From assembly GCA_902464495.1 (NCBI GenBank), contig CABQJK010000004.1, positions 10,453 to 74,452 on the forward strand: 64,000 bases of DNA, written 5' to 3'. Numbering within the stretch: position 1 is the first letter of the stretch; each line of letters starts with the position of its first letter. Of this stretch, positions 51,743 to 61,966 are shown in pieces. The stretch comes from an uncultured Collinsella sp. (lineage in GTDB: Bacteria > Actinomycetota > Coriobacteriia > Coriobacteriales > Coriobacteriaceae). Below the pieces are notes generated by a model. It saw nothing but the letters and a program-made list of their open reading frames with translations. It made no database searches and had not been told where the DNA came from. A program made the translations under genes and the position numbers.

Positions 51743-53616
51743 GCGCGATCACCCATCAATACATTCTTGGCGTGGAGCGTGGGGCAGATTCCGCAGCCGG
51801 TGCACGACGTGCGGGTGCAGTCGGGAGTCGTGACACCCTCGAGCGAGCGACGGTACTCGCGCTCGAGGAAGCCGCGCGTGCAGCCGGGGCTCACATGCTC
51901 CCACGGCAGACGCCAGTCCAACTCGTAGGGCAGGTGCACGAGCTCATTGAGGTCGATGCCGTTTTTGGCAGCAGCCTCCTTCCAGTTATCGAGCGAGAAA
52001 TGCTCTACCCAGGCGTCAAAGCGAGACCCCGAGCGCCAAGCATCGATGATGACGGGCGTCATGTCACGACCGGCGCGGGAGAGCGCGGCCTCGATGAGCG
52101 AGGTCTCGGCATCGTGGTAATGCACGCGGACGGCACGGTTGCGAACGCTCGTGATAAGCAGCTTCTGGCGACGCTTGACGTCGTCGTAGTCGAGCTGCGG
52201 GCACCACTGGAACGGCGTGGCAGCCTTGGGAATAAAGACCGAAACCGAGATCGACACCGAGATCGACCCGCGACGAGCCTTGGGCACCACGGAACGACCG
52301 AGCTCCAGCACGTGATCGGCCAGATTGGCGATGGCCACGATGTCCTCGTCGCGCTCGCCGGGAAGGCCCATCATAAAGTAGAGCTTCATGCGGTTCCAGC
52401 CGGCCTCGAAGGCCGCCTTGGCCGCACGGTCCAGGTCCTCCTCGGTCACGTTCTTGTTAATGATGTCGCGCATGCGCTGGCTGCCGGCCTCGGGCGCGAA
52501 CGTCAGGCCGCCCTTCTTTTCGCCGGCGACCGACTCGGCCATATCCACGCCAAACGAATCCAGGCGCTGCGACGGAATAGACACGCGAATACCCGTATCC
52601 TCCAGGCGACGGTTGAGCCTGCCGAGCACGTCACGAATGCAGGAGTGGTCGGTCGTGGAGAGCGAGGTCAGCGACACCTCGTCATAGCCGGTCTTTTCCA
52701 GACCCTGAATCACCGACGAGACGATCTGGTCGGCCGAGCGCTCGCGCACCGGGCGATAGGTCATGCCGGCCTGGCAAAAACGACAGCCGCGGGCGCAGCC
52801 GCGCAGGATCTCGATAGACAGGCGGTCGTGGACCAGCTGCGCATAGGGCACGCACGACTGCGACAGCGGATTCGTGGCACCGAAATCCTCGACGACGCGC
52901 TTGTAGACCACGGTCGGCGCATCCTTGCCCTCACGCGGCACGGTGTAGCCATGCGGCGAGCAGGGCTCGTCATGGCGCACCTCATAGAGCGACGGCACGT
53001 AGTTGCCGGCAATGGATGCAAGCTGCTCAACAATCTGCGCGCGCGGGACTCCTTCGTCGCGCAGGCGGCGATGCAGCTGGCAGGTCTCGAGCAGCGATTC
53101 CTCACCCTCGCCGATGAGGACGGCATCGAAGAAGGCCGCGTACGGCTCGGGGTTGTACACCGAGGGACCGCCGGCGATGATGATGGGGTCGTCTTCGCCT
53201 CGGTCGGCCGCCAACAGCGGAATGCCAGCGAGGTCGAGAGCCTCGAGGAAGTTCGTCACCGCCATCTCGTGCGGCACATGCAGGCCGACAATATCAAACG
53301 AAGCGACGGGGGCAGCGCCTTCGAGCGACAGCAGGGGAATACCCGCCTCGCGCATGGCGTCACCCATATCGGGCCACGGCACATAGCCACGCTCGCAGGA
53401 GATGCCCTCGGCCTGGTTAAGGATGTTGTAGAGGATGGCGATGCCCTGGTTGGGCAAACCAACCTCGTACACATCCGGATAGATCAGGCAGCAACGATAG
53501 TCGGCATCGGCCTTTGAAAGCGTGCCCCACTCGTGATCGATATAGCGACTCGGCTTTTCGACCTTGGCGAGCAGCGGCTCAATTAAATGAAAACAGTCTT
53601 GATACGGAACGCGCAA
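51739..53616 (-). CDS. B12-binding radical SAM protein (TIGR03960-like; TTG start inferred)
   Basis: VEKPSRY, YPDVYEVG, RGCARGCRFC, TFAPEAGSQRMR, C-terminal C..C..CG.C. Confidence 0.9.
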   Translation of the reverse strand: MRVPYQDCFHLIEPLLAKVEKPSRYIDHEWGTLSKADADYRCCLIYPDVYEVGLPNQGIAILYNILNQAEGISCERGYVPWPDMGDAMREAGIPLLSLEGAAPVASFDIVGLHVPHEMAVTNFLEALDLAGIPLLAADRGEDDPIIIAGGPSVYNPEPYAAFFDAVLIGEGEESLLETCQLHRRLRDEGVPRAQIVEQLASIAGNYVPSLYEVRHDEPCSPHGYTVPREGKDAPTVVYKRVVEDFGATNPLSQSCVPYAQLVHDRLSIEILRGCARGCRFCQAGMTYRPVRERSADQIVSSVIQGLEKTGYDEVSLTSLSTTDHSCIRDVLGRLNRRLEDTGIRVSIPSQRLDSFGVDMAESVAGEKKGGLTFAPEAGSQRMRDIINKNVTEEDLDRAAKAAFEAGWNRMKLYFMMGLPGERDEDIVAIANLADHVLELGRSVVPKARRGSISVSISVSVFIPKAATPFQWCPQLDYDDVKRRQKLLITSVRNRAVRVHYHDAETSLIEAALSRAGRDMTPVIIDAWRSGSRFDAWVEHFSLDNWKEAAAKNGIDLNELVHLPYELDWRLPWEHVSPGCTRGFLEREYRRSLEGVTTPDCTRTSCTGCGICPTLHAKNVLMGDRA

Positions 53617-53626
53617 CGGAAAACCC

Positions 53627-54556
53627 CTAAGCAGCGAGATCGGATGCGTCCTCATAGGACGCCATAGGACGGGTAGCGCCCGCGACCGTGGTCACCAGAT
53701 CGCGAACGCGGGAGAACGTGGCAGTGACCACCTCGTTGGCACGGCTGTAGTCGACATCGCGCTCGTAGAGCGAAACGAGCGCACGGCCCATGCCATAGGT
53801 GCCCGCGGCAGCAGTGAGCGCCTTGACGGCAAACCCAATATGCGGCGTCTGCTTGACGAGCGCACGGGTGACCGCGCGGATCACAAGACCGCCGGCAAGC
53901 ACGCCCGCGACCTCGTAGCCGCGCTCAGGCTTAATGCCGCGTCCAAAGACGGCAGCGAGCTCAAAGAGCATGCCCACCTGAGCCAGCGCCATAACGGGAT
54001 AATCGGCGCCCGGCAAAAACACCAGCGCACCGGTCGCCATATTGGTGAGCGCGCACGAGGTAATGATACGATTGGCCGCCGCGATGCGCATGAAGGCAAA
54101 GTTCGCCGCAAAAGCCGTTTCCTTTTCGGTGCGATCGAGAATCCAGCGGGCAAGCGTCTCGAGCAGATACGTCTTATCGGTTGCCGCCACCACGCCGAGC
54201 ATGGGCGTGGACTCCTCGATAAACGGCACCTCCACAGCAGACTCGGCAAGCACGCACACGGGCGCGCCGGCGATCACGAGCTCCTGCACGGCACTCTCCA
54301 AGCGGTCGGAACCGCACGAGAGCACCAGTACCACATCGGTATCGGTCTTTGGAGTAATTCGCTCCTCCCCCAGACGCTCGACGCGCACAATGCCCGAGGT
54401 CGTCTGCGGCACAAAGGCGTCACGCACCGTCTCGGCCAGAAAGCGCGAGGCGGACGAATCCAAATAGACCGAGACGCGCACCGGCGTATCGGAATCCTTC
54501 TTAACGGACGCGCCCATCTTAAAAGCGCGGGTCAGCTTATCTACGGGAATTTTCAT
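53627..54556 (-). CDS. DUF697/YcjF-like membrane-associated protein
   Basis: LPGAD...AQVGML..LA..FG and P.IG.....AAAGTYGMG pattern. Confidence 0.6.
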   Translation of the reverse strand: MKIPVDKLTRAFKMGASVKKDSDTPVRVSVYLDSSASRFLAETVRDAFVPQTTSGIVRVERLGEERITPKTDTDVVLVLSCGSDRLESAVQELVIAGAPVCVLAESAVEVPFIEESTPMLGVVAATDKTYLLETLARWILDRTEKETAFAANFAFMRIAAANRIITSCALTNMATGALVFLPGADYPVMALAQVGMLFELAAVFGRGIKPERGYEVAGVLAGGLVIRAVTRALVKQTPHIGFAVKALTAAAGTYGMGRALVSLYERDVDYSRANEVVTATFSRVRDLVTTVAGATRPMASYEDASDLAA

Positions 54557-54574
54557 AGCAAACCCCTCCAGCGG

Positions 54575-55801
54575 TTACGCGGCGCCCGAACGATGCCGCC
54601 ATATGGATTGTACGATACCCACCGTCAGCAGCTGAATCATCATCGAAGACGAACCGAAGCTAATAAACGGTAGCGGAATACCGGTAATCGGCATCATGCC
54701 AATGCACATGCCGATGTTTTCGAAGGTCTGGAACGCCCACATGCCAACGATGCCCACACACGATAGGCGCAAGAACAGCGACTCACACTTAAAGGCGACG
54801 CGAATCGTCGAAAAGATCAGCAGCACGTAGAGGCACAGGAGCAAAAAGGAACCGCAAAAGCCAAAGGTCTCGGATAGGAAGGCGAAGACAAAGTCGGTGT
54901 GGAACTCAGGAAGAAAGCCGCCGGCCGACTGCGTCGCATGGCCCAAACCCTTACCAAAGAAGCCGCCCGAGCCAACGGCGATAAGCGACTGCTGCAGGTT
55001 GTAGGCATCGTCCGAATCGGCATTATCGGGGTCGATAAAGACCGTCAGGCGGTTCATCTGATACTGCTTGATGAGCACATCGTGGCCGAGCAGCGAATCA
55101 AAGACCGAATCGAGCGCCAGGACGAGGGCCACCAGGCCCACGAGCAGGGCCAGGGTCGACAGCACCCATTCGCGGCGTGCACCGCTCATGCAGATGACGA
55201 TGGCGCCCGAGACCAGCACGACCAGGCCCGAACCCAGGTCGCCCATGGCAACGACGGCCAAAAACGGGATGGACAGCATGCCGCAGAGCTTAACGTAGTC
55301 GCGGACGGTATCGATGCGCCCGTTGTACTGCGAGCCAAGCGTGGCGATGAAGAAAATCGTGATGAGCTTGGCAAGCTCAACCGGCTGGAACGTCAAGCCG
55401 ATACCGGGAATCTTGATCCAGCCCGTCATACCTAGGCCGCCTGTATAGGACAGACCAGGAATCTTGGGCGAGAAGATCACGATCAGGTCGATGACGAGCA
55501 ACGCCGTCGAGAAGTTGGAGATGCCGCGCAGGTCGGTACGCCAGACCAGCACCGCCAGCACCGCCCCGATGCCAATTCCCAGAAGATGACGTGAGAACGA
55601 GGCATCGGCCTTAAACTGCGAAGCCGACCAAATAATGATGGCGCCATAGGCAACGAGCGCGACGGTAGCCAGCAGCACACCGATATGCACCTTTTGGCGA
55701 AACGTACCGCGCGAGGCCGAAAGTTGCTTGTTGACGCGGTCCAGGCTGCTGCGAGAGCCGGTCTTGGTTGAACGGAACAGATCCGCCGGAGAAAAATCCA
55801 T
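54575..55801 (-). CDS. rodA: SEDS glycosyltransferase RodA
   Basis: FQPVELAK, QSLIAVGSGG, PEFHTDF, PITGIPLPFISFG. Confidence 0.95.
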   Translation of the reverse strand: MDFSPADLFRSTKTGSRSSLDRVNKQLSASRGTFRQKVHIGVLLATVALVAYGAIIIWSASQFKADASFSRHLLGIGIGAVLAVLVWRTDLRGISNFSTALLVIDLIVIFSPKIPGLSYTGGLGMTGWIKIPGIGLTFQPVELAKLITIFFIATLGSQYNGRIDTVRDYVKLCGMLSIPFLAVVAMGDLGSGLVVLVSGAIVICMSGARREWVLSTLALLVGLVALVLALDSVFDSLLGHDVLIKQYQMNRLTVFIDPDNADSDDAYNLQQSLIAVGSGGFFGKGLGHATQSAGGFLPEFHTDFVFAFLSETFGFCGSFLLLCLYVLLIFSTIRVAFKCESLFLRLSCVGIVGMWAFQTFENIGMCIGMMPITGIPLPFISFGSSSMMIQLLTVGIVQSIWRHRSGAA

Positions 55802-55810
55802 CGCAACCTC

Positions 55811-57880
55811 CTATCGAACCGAAGAATCGCCCGAGGCCGAAGAGGTATCGGGCTCGTCATAAATCACGCCGAGCACATCGCGCACGACATGCATCGCGGT
55901 ATCTGAGCCACCGCCGCCCTGCTCCAGGACAGTAGCGATGACATACTTGGGATCATCGGCCGGTGCATAGGCGCAGAACCACGCGTATTCGTCCTCGCCG
56001 CTTTTCTCGCCCGTGCCCGACTTGCCGTATACCTGCGGCGTCAGGGTGCCAAAGTGAGCCGCCAGGGACGTCGATGCCGTGTAAATCACGTCGTGCATGC
56101 CGTTGCGAACAAGAGCCAAATCCGAATCGCTGTTGATCTTGGCCTCCAGGCGCTTCTTCTTGCCCTTGCCGTTGTACTTATAGGCATCGCCGTCGCCATC
56201 GCGCGACACGGCAGACAAAAACACGTGAGGCACGTACTGTTTGCCGCCGTTGGCAAGACCCATATAGGCGCACGCCATCTGCAGGGGCGTCACCAGGATG
56301 TCGCCCTGGCCGATGGCAATGTTGGTCATATCGCCGGCATTCCACTTGCGGTCCTCGGCAGAGGCGTCGGTGAAGTACGACTCTTTCCACTCGGCATCGG
56401 GAATACGGCCCGCGCCCTCACTCGGCAAATCGATACCGCAGGTCTTGCCTAGGCCCCAGCGACGAAAGACCTCCTGCAGGCCCTCGGAATGTTGCTCGTC
56501 ATAAAAGAACGCCTTGCCCATATCGTAGAAGACGGGGTCGCACGAGTTGGCAATACCCGACTGCAGCGTCATGGTGCCGTGTCCAGACGTCAGCCAGCAG
56601 CGCTTGCCCCAAGCCTTGCCCAAGCCCGTCCAATAGCCCGTGCAGTTGGTTGTCTGCGTTGAAGTGTAGGTTCCAAACTCAAGACCGGCCAGTGCCGAGA
56701 GCGGCTTGATGGTCGAGGCCGACATGTACTGTCCGCTAATGGCGCGGTTGAGCAGCGGGTGCGAACCCTTGTCATCATTGAGCTCGGTCCACACGTCATT
56801 TGAGACGCCGCCGATAAAGACGGACGGATCGAACTTGGGCTCGCTCGCCATGCCCAGGATCTCGCCATTGTTGGGATCGAGACACACCACAGCGCCGTTG
56901 CCGGCATTGCTGTAGCCAGTGGTCTTGGCAAGCTCGATGGCGCTCGCCAGCGCCGTCTCACAGGCCTGTTGGATCTTAAGATCGAGCGTGAGCTTAATGT
57001 CGGAGCCGGCCTTGGCGGGCACGGCGCCGGCCTGACCGGTCACATTGCCCGAGGCATCGACCTTGACGGTCTGCTCGCCACGAATACCCTGCAGCAGGTT
57101 TTCGTAGTAGCTCTCAACACCCGCCTGGCCCACGATATCGCCCGACTGGTACGTAATCCGGCCAGCAGAAGCATCATCATCACCAGAGGTTTTCTTATTC
57201 TGGGCCTCGAGCTGCTCGGAGGTAATGGTGCCGGTATAGCCCAAGATATGGCATGCCGTCTCGCCATATGGATACTGGCGCTCGGTACGCTCGGCAATCT
57301 TGACGCCCGGGAACTCGCCGGCGTGCTCCTGAATATAGGCAACCGTGGAGCGACGGACGTCCGTCGCGATGGTATGCAGGCTCTGAGCGCCCTCGGAATT
57401 GTCCTGAATATTGCGCAGCACCGCCACGTAGGGCATACCGAGCACGTTGGCAAGATGGCGAACCAGAACCTCATCCTCGGCAAGGTCGCGGTAGGCCACG
57501 ACAGCAAGTGAGGGACGGTTCTGGACAAGCGCCACGCCATTGCGGTCGAGGATGCGGCCGCGCACAGCGGGTGTGGTAACGGTGCGCGTCTGATTGCTAT
57601 TAGCCTGCTTTTCGTAATAGTCCGACGAGACCATCTGCATGCCCCACAGCTTGACGGCAAGCGCCGCGAACATCGCGCCCACACCCGTGGTGAGGATGGA
57701 GAAGCGGCCCTTAAAGGCGGTCGCCGCGGTATTGCCCTCGCCCTCGGTGGCGCGCGGGGCCGTTCCATGCTGCGTATCGTAGGTAAAACGAGAATCGCCG
57801 CGACGCATGATGACCAGTGCAACCACGATGGCCACAACCAGCACGATACCGGCGATAATAACCGTCATCTGGGAAGACAT
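55811..57880 (-). CDS. mrdA: Penicillin-binding protein 2 (class B)
   Basis: TM, RGRILDRNG, STIK, SCD, KSGT motifs. Confidence 0.93.
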   Translation of the reverse strand: MSSQMTVIIAGIVLVVAIVVALVIMRRGDSRFTYDTQHGTAPRATEGEGNTAATAFKGRFSILTTGVGAMFAALAVKLWGMQMVSSDYYEKQANSNQTRTVTTPAVRGRILDRNGVALVQNRPSLAVVAYRDLAEDEVLVRHLANVLGMPYVAVLRNIQDNSEGAQSLHTIATDVRRSTVAYIQEHAGEFPGVKIAERTERQYPYGETACHILGYTGTITSEQLEAQNKKTSGDDDASAGRITYQSGDIVGQAGVESYYENLLQGIRGEQTVKVDASGNVTGQAGAVPAKAGSDIKLTLDLKIQQACETALASAIELAKTTGYSNAGNGAVVCLDPNNGEILGMASEPKFDPSVFIGGVSNDVWTELNDDKGSHPLLNRAISGQYMSASTIKPLSALAGLEFGTYTSTQTTNCTGYWTGLGKAWGKRCWLTSGHGTMTLQSGIANSCDPVFYDMGKAFFYDEQHSEGLQEVFRRWGLGKTCGIDLPSEGAGRIPDAEWKESYFTDASAEDRKWNAGDMTNIAIGQGDILVTPLQMACAYMGLANGGKQYVPHVFLSAVSRDGDGDAYKYNGKGKKKRLEAKINSDSDLALVRNGMHDVIYTASTSLAAHFGTLTPQVYGKSGTGEKSGEDEYAWFCAYAPADDPKYVIATVLEQGGGGSDTAMHVVRDVLGVIYDEPDTSSASGDSSVR

Positions 57881-57893
57881 CTACGAGCCTCCC

Positions 57894-58466
57894 CTATTTG
57901 AGCTTACGGGTCTTGGGCTTAAAGCGCATGCCCGTCTGTCGTCCGCCACGTGCGGAGAATCCATAACCGGACTGCGGCACGACGCCGGACATCAAAAACG
58001 GAATGGCAACCAGACCCGTCAGGATCGAAGACGGCAGCGCATGGCCGAAGATCGCCACGACAAAGCTCGTCTCCAAACCCATAAACAGCAAGATGATGCT
58101 GTAGATCACATTAATGACGAACGCGAAGGCGCCCACAGTGATGCCGCGCGCACTCGGGGTACCGCCCGTCTGACCGGCAGCGCTATGCACCAGGGCAAAA
58201 GAACCCACGGTCAGCAGGAGCGACATAACGCCCACCGGCACGGCAGCGGAAAGGTCATAGAACAAGCCGCTGCAAAAACCGCACACGACGGCACGGGTCG
58301 GGTCGCCCGAGAACACGCTTAGGCACACCAGGATAATCATAAAGTTGACGCGACCGCCCGCAATGGAGATCTGCGGTGCCAGGCCTGCCTGCAACAGCAC
58401 GCACACGATGGCGGCGATTACAGACGTGCGGGAGCTCATCCCCTGCTCGTGTAGATCCATGGACAT
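57894..58466 (-). CDS. mreD: Rod shape-determining protein MreD
   Basis: Multi-TM protein, GF.SGLFYD; between mreC and pbp2. Confidence 0.88.
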   Translation of the reverse strand: MSMDLHEQGMSSRTSVIAAIVCVLLQAGLAPQISIAGGRVNFMIILVCLSVFSGDPTRAVVCGFCSGLFYDLSAAVPVGVMSLLLTVGSFALVHSAAGQTGGTPSARGITVGAFAFVINVIYSIILLFMGLETSFVVAIFGHALPSSILTGLVAIPFLMSGVVPQSGYGFSARGGRQTGMRFKPKTRKLK

Positions 58467-58471
58467 GCCCC

Positions 58472-59470
58472 CTATTCGCTCGAGCCGGAATCGGTCGTCT
58501 CGGACGTGTCGGAACTGTCATCCGGGCTCTCGTCCTTCGTCTTGGTCGCAGCATCGCGCGACGTTCCCTGCGGCGTGCTGTTGGCCGTGTTCACGTCCTC
58601 ATCCGAGGCCGACTGTTCGTCGGTCAGCGAGGTAATGACCAGCACTTCCTCGTTGTTCTCGGCCGTCGTCTGGGCGCGCACCACAATGGTGTAGTACACG
58701 TCGTTAGCCGATTTCTCAACAGACGAGACGGTGCCGAGCGGTAGACCCTTGGGGAACACACCGCCAATGCCCGAGGTCACGATGATGTCGCCAACCTTAA
58801 CGTCGGAATCGACGCTCACGTACTCAAGACGCAGCGTGCCGTCAGCCTGACCCTGCAGCATGCCCTGGGCGCGCGTGTCCTGCACCATAGCGGACACGCC
58901 CGAGTTCTCATCGCCAATCAGGCGCACGGTGGACGTCTTGGCCGAGACCTCGATAATCTGGCCTATGACACCGGCAGAACTCGTCACAGGCATGTTGATG
59001 GTAAGACCGTCGGCAGAACCCTTATCGATGGTGACGGTCGAGGTCCAGGCATCGCCCGAAGCGCCGACGATACGAGCTGCGGTTGATTTGAGGTTGTAGG
59101 TCGACTGCAGGCCGACCAGCCCCTCCAGTCGCTCGGCGGTCTTTTGAGCCTCGGAGAGCTCGGCAACCTTAGAGGTCAGTTCCTCGTTTTGCTTCTTAAG
59201 CTCGTCAAGCGTGTCCTGCGACGCCGTAAGGTTAGAGAACACGTTACCGATCGCATTGAAGGGAGCCGCCACAGCCGAGCCCACAAAGCGCACCGGCGAG
59301 GTAATCGTCGTCACGCCCGAGCGCACGGCATGAATCGGTCCTGCCTCGCCCTCGCGGATGTAAAACGTGAGCAGCAACACCGAAATCAGGCTGAAAACAA
59401 TCAACGGGCGCATACCCGTTGATTGTCGCTTGGTATTCAGATTTGTGGAGAAACCCGAAGATCGTGCCAA
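58472..59470 (-). CDS. mreC: Rod shape-determining protein MreC
   Basis: TM, coiled coil, TIDKGSADG, VTSGIGGVFPKGLPLG. Confidence 0.95.
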   Translation of the reverse strand: MARSSGFSTNLNTKRQSTGMRPLIVFSLISVLLLTFYIREGEAGPIHAVRSGVTTITSPVRFVGSAVAAPFNAIGNVFSNLTASQDTLDELKKQNEELTSKVAELSEAQKTAERLEGLVGLQSTYNLKSTAARIVGASGDAWTSTVTIDKGSADGLTINMPVTSSAGVIGQIIEVSAKTSTVRLIGDENSGVSAMVQDTRAQGMLQGQADGTLRLEYVSVDSDVKVGDIIVTSGIGGVFPKGLPLGTVSSVEKSANDVYYTIVVRAQTTAENNEEVLVITSLTDEQSASDEDVNTANSTPQGTSRDAATKTKDESPDDSSDTSETTDSGSSE

Positions 59471-59491
59471 ATGGAATCCACCTTTTGGAAA

Positions 59492-60535
59492 TTAAGCATT
59501 GGTCTGGACGAAGCCGCCATCAAACGCATTGGCCTCGAGCACGCGGGCACAGCCGTTAACAACGTTATCGAGCGCCGTGGGGCTGACGTTGACCGAAACG
59601 CCGGTCTCATCGCGCAGGCGCACATCGAGACCGCGCAGCAGCGCGCCGCCACCAGTCAGCAAAATGCCGTAGTACATAAGGTCCGAGGCAAGATCGGGAG
59701 GCGTAGCGTCGAGTGCGTCCTTGACGGCCTTGGCCATCTCGTCGAGCGGCTTGTTGAGCGCGCGACGAATCTCCTCGCTCTCGATGCGCACGGTCTTGGG
59801 CAGACCGGTGATCACGTCGCGGCCGTTGACCTCGACGTCGAGCTCGTCCTTAAGCGGCACGGCGGAGCCGACCTTGATCTTGATGTCCTCTGCCGTACGC
59901 TCGCCGATGGCCAGGTTGTAGGCATCACGAACGTGCGTAAGGATGGCCTGATCGAACTCGTCGCCGGCAATACGAATGGACTGCGAGACGACGATGCCGC
60001 CCATAGCGATAACGGCGACCTCGGTGGTACCGCCGCCGATGTCGATGACCATGGAGCCGGTGGGTTCCTCGACGGGCAGGTCGGCGCCGATAGCGGCTGC
60101 CATAGGCTCTTCGATCAGATAGGCCTGGCGGGCACCGGCCTGGATCGTGGCCTCAAAGACAGCGCGCTTCTCGACCGACGTGACACCGGAGGGAACGCAG
60201 ACGACGACACGCGGACGCGGAGTCCACGGATAGCGCTTCTCGGACGCCTTGTCGATAAAGTAGCGAAGCATGGCCTCGGTAACATCGAAGTCGGCGATGA
60301 CGCCGTCCTTCAGGGGACGAACGGCCACGATGTTGCCGGGCGTACGGCCGAGCATGCGCTTTGCCTCGATACCGACCGCCAGGATGCGCTCGTCGTTCTT
60401 GTCGATGGCGACAACGGAGGGCTCGCGAATGACGATGCCCTTGCCGCGCACGGAGACAAGCGTATTTGCGGTGCCGAGGTCGATGGCAAGATCGCCCGCA
60501 TAGCTACCGAAGAACATATCCATCAAAGAAAACAA
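59492..60535 (-). CDS. mreB: Actin-like MreB
   Basis: DLGTANT, RPLKDGVIADF, DIGGGTTE, LTGGGALL. Confidence 0.97.
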   Translation of the reverse strand: MFSLMDMFFGSYAGDLAIDLGTANTLVSVRGKGIVIREPSVVAIDKNDERILAVGIEAKRMLGRTPGNIVAVRPLKDGVIADFDVTEAMLRYFIDKASEKRYPWTPRPRVVVCVPSGVTSVEKRAVFEATIQAGARQAYLIEEPMAAAIGADLPVEEPTGSMVIDIGGGTTEVAVIAMGGIVVSQSIRIAGDEFDQAILTHVRDAYNLAIGERTAEDIKIKVGSAVPLKDELDVEVNGRDVITGLPKTVRIESEEIRRALNKPLDEMAKAVKDALDATPPDLASDLMYYGILLTGGGALLRGLDVRLRDETGVSVNVSPTALDNVVNGCARVLEANAFDGGFVQTNA

Positions 60536-60650
60536 CGCAACTCCTGATGTGTTGGATGATTGCTGGAAAACTACTAGCTCATCATACTAGCGCAAGCCCG
60601 GCACCTCACTTGCGGTGAAGCGCCGGGCAAAGCTAAATCCCATAAGGTCA

Positions 60651-61955
60651 CTACTGGTTGTCAGCAGCCGAGAAATCCATATCAAGCGAAGAAACGGCCC
60701 AGCCGATATGGTTGTCGGAGCGCACGAATTTGACGGTGTACTCCTGCTCGCCGCCCTTGGACAGCGATGCCTTCACCTTAGCGGTCGTCTCGGTCATGGA
60801 CTGATCCATGCCCTCGACGGACACCGTGGCACCCTGCGGAATCGAGGAGATGATCATCGACTTAGCGTCCTCGGACAGGCTCGAGGCCAGGCAAGACTCG
60901 GCCTTTGCGGTGTCACCGTCGCCGGCAGCCTGGAACAGATCGGTAACGACAGACTCCTGAGACGGGAAGCCAAAGCCGCGCGTGTAGGCAAAGCCCAGAC
61001 CGCCCGCGGCGATCAAAATGAGCAGAAGCAGCACGATGAAGACTTTGAGACCCGTGTGGCGATGGCGACGACGGACCTTGGCCTGCTTACGATCCTGACG
61101 GTCCTGCTGGACCATCTCGGACTCGGACAGCGTAAAGAAGCCGGTGTCCGAGGGATCGGGCATAAACTGACCGGTCGCGCCGGTAGGATCGAGCGGATCG
61201 ACGGCAGAAGCGTCCATCGCGGGCGCCGGAGCCGTGGCCATGGCCGTCTGGGCAGACAGCGCGGCAAGCGAATCGTGCACGCGGGCAAGCTCGTCGGCCT
61301 GCTCGGAGGTGAGCTGGTAGATGCCATCGGCAGTAGCGGCGTTAAAGGCATCGAGTGCGTCGGAGGGACGGCCGGCGGCAGAAAGCGCCTGACCCATGCC
61401 GGCGTTGAGCGCACGCGTGTCGTCGCGGGGACCGGCAAAGTCGATAGCCGTGCGGTAGGTCTCCACGGCATCCGCCGGACGGCCGAGCTTAATGAAGCAA
61501 CGACCGAGCTCGCCGAGTGCGGCGGCAGGAGCCGGATTGGCGCCGTCGATGGCAGCCTGACGGAAGGCGGTTCCCGCGTTGGCATAGTCGCCCGACTGGA
61601 ACAGCGCATTGCCCAGGCCCAGATAGGCCTTGAACGGCGTGGCATAGGAAGCATCCTGCGTAGCGGCAGAGAAAGCCTGGGCGGCCGTCGTGTAGTCGCC
61701 CACGGCGGCGAGCGCCTTGCCGCGGTTGGTGAGCAGCGCGCCGCGCTTGCCGTAGGTGCCGTCGTTGAGGGCGGCGGCATAGGCCTCGGCAGCCTCGGCA
61801 TACATGCCCAGGTGCATCAAGGCGTTGCCACGAAGGTGATCGGCCTCGCCCATAATCTCAGCGGGAGTCTTTGCCGCCCCAAGCATCTGGGCTGCAGCAG
61901 AAAAATCACCCGCGCGGTAAGCGGCGCGGCCCTGTTGGATCAGCTGGCTATTCAA
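60651..61955 (-). CDS. TPR-repeat bitopic membrane protein
   Basis: About six N-terminal TPR-like repeats, basic stretch, TM (VFIVLLLLILIAAGGLGFAY), small C-terminal domain. Confidence 0.8.
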   Translation of the reverse strand: MNSQLIQQGRAAYRAGDFSAAAQMLGAAKTPAEIMGEADHLRGNALMHLGMYAEAAEAYAAALNDGTYGKRGALLTNRGKALAAVGDYTTAAQAFSAATQDASYATPFKAYLGLGNALFQSGDYANAGTAFRQAAIDGANPAPAAALGELGRCFIKLGRPADAVETYRTAIDFAGPRDDTRALNAGMGQALSAAGRPSDALDAFNAATADGIYQLTSEQADELARVHDSLAALSAQTAMATAPAPAMDASAVDPLDPTGATGQFMPDPSDTGFFTLSESEMVQQDRQDRKQAKVRRRHRHTGLKVFIVLLLLILIAAGGLGFAYTRGFGFPSQESVVTDLFQAAGDGDTAKAESCLASSLSEDAKSMIISSIPQGATVSVEGMDQSMTETTAKVKASLSKGGEQEYTVKFVRSDNHIGWAVSSLDMDFSAADNQ

Positions 61956-61966
61956 GAAAGTCCCCT

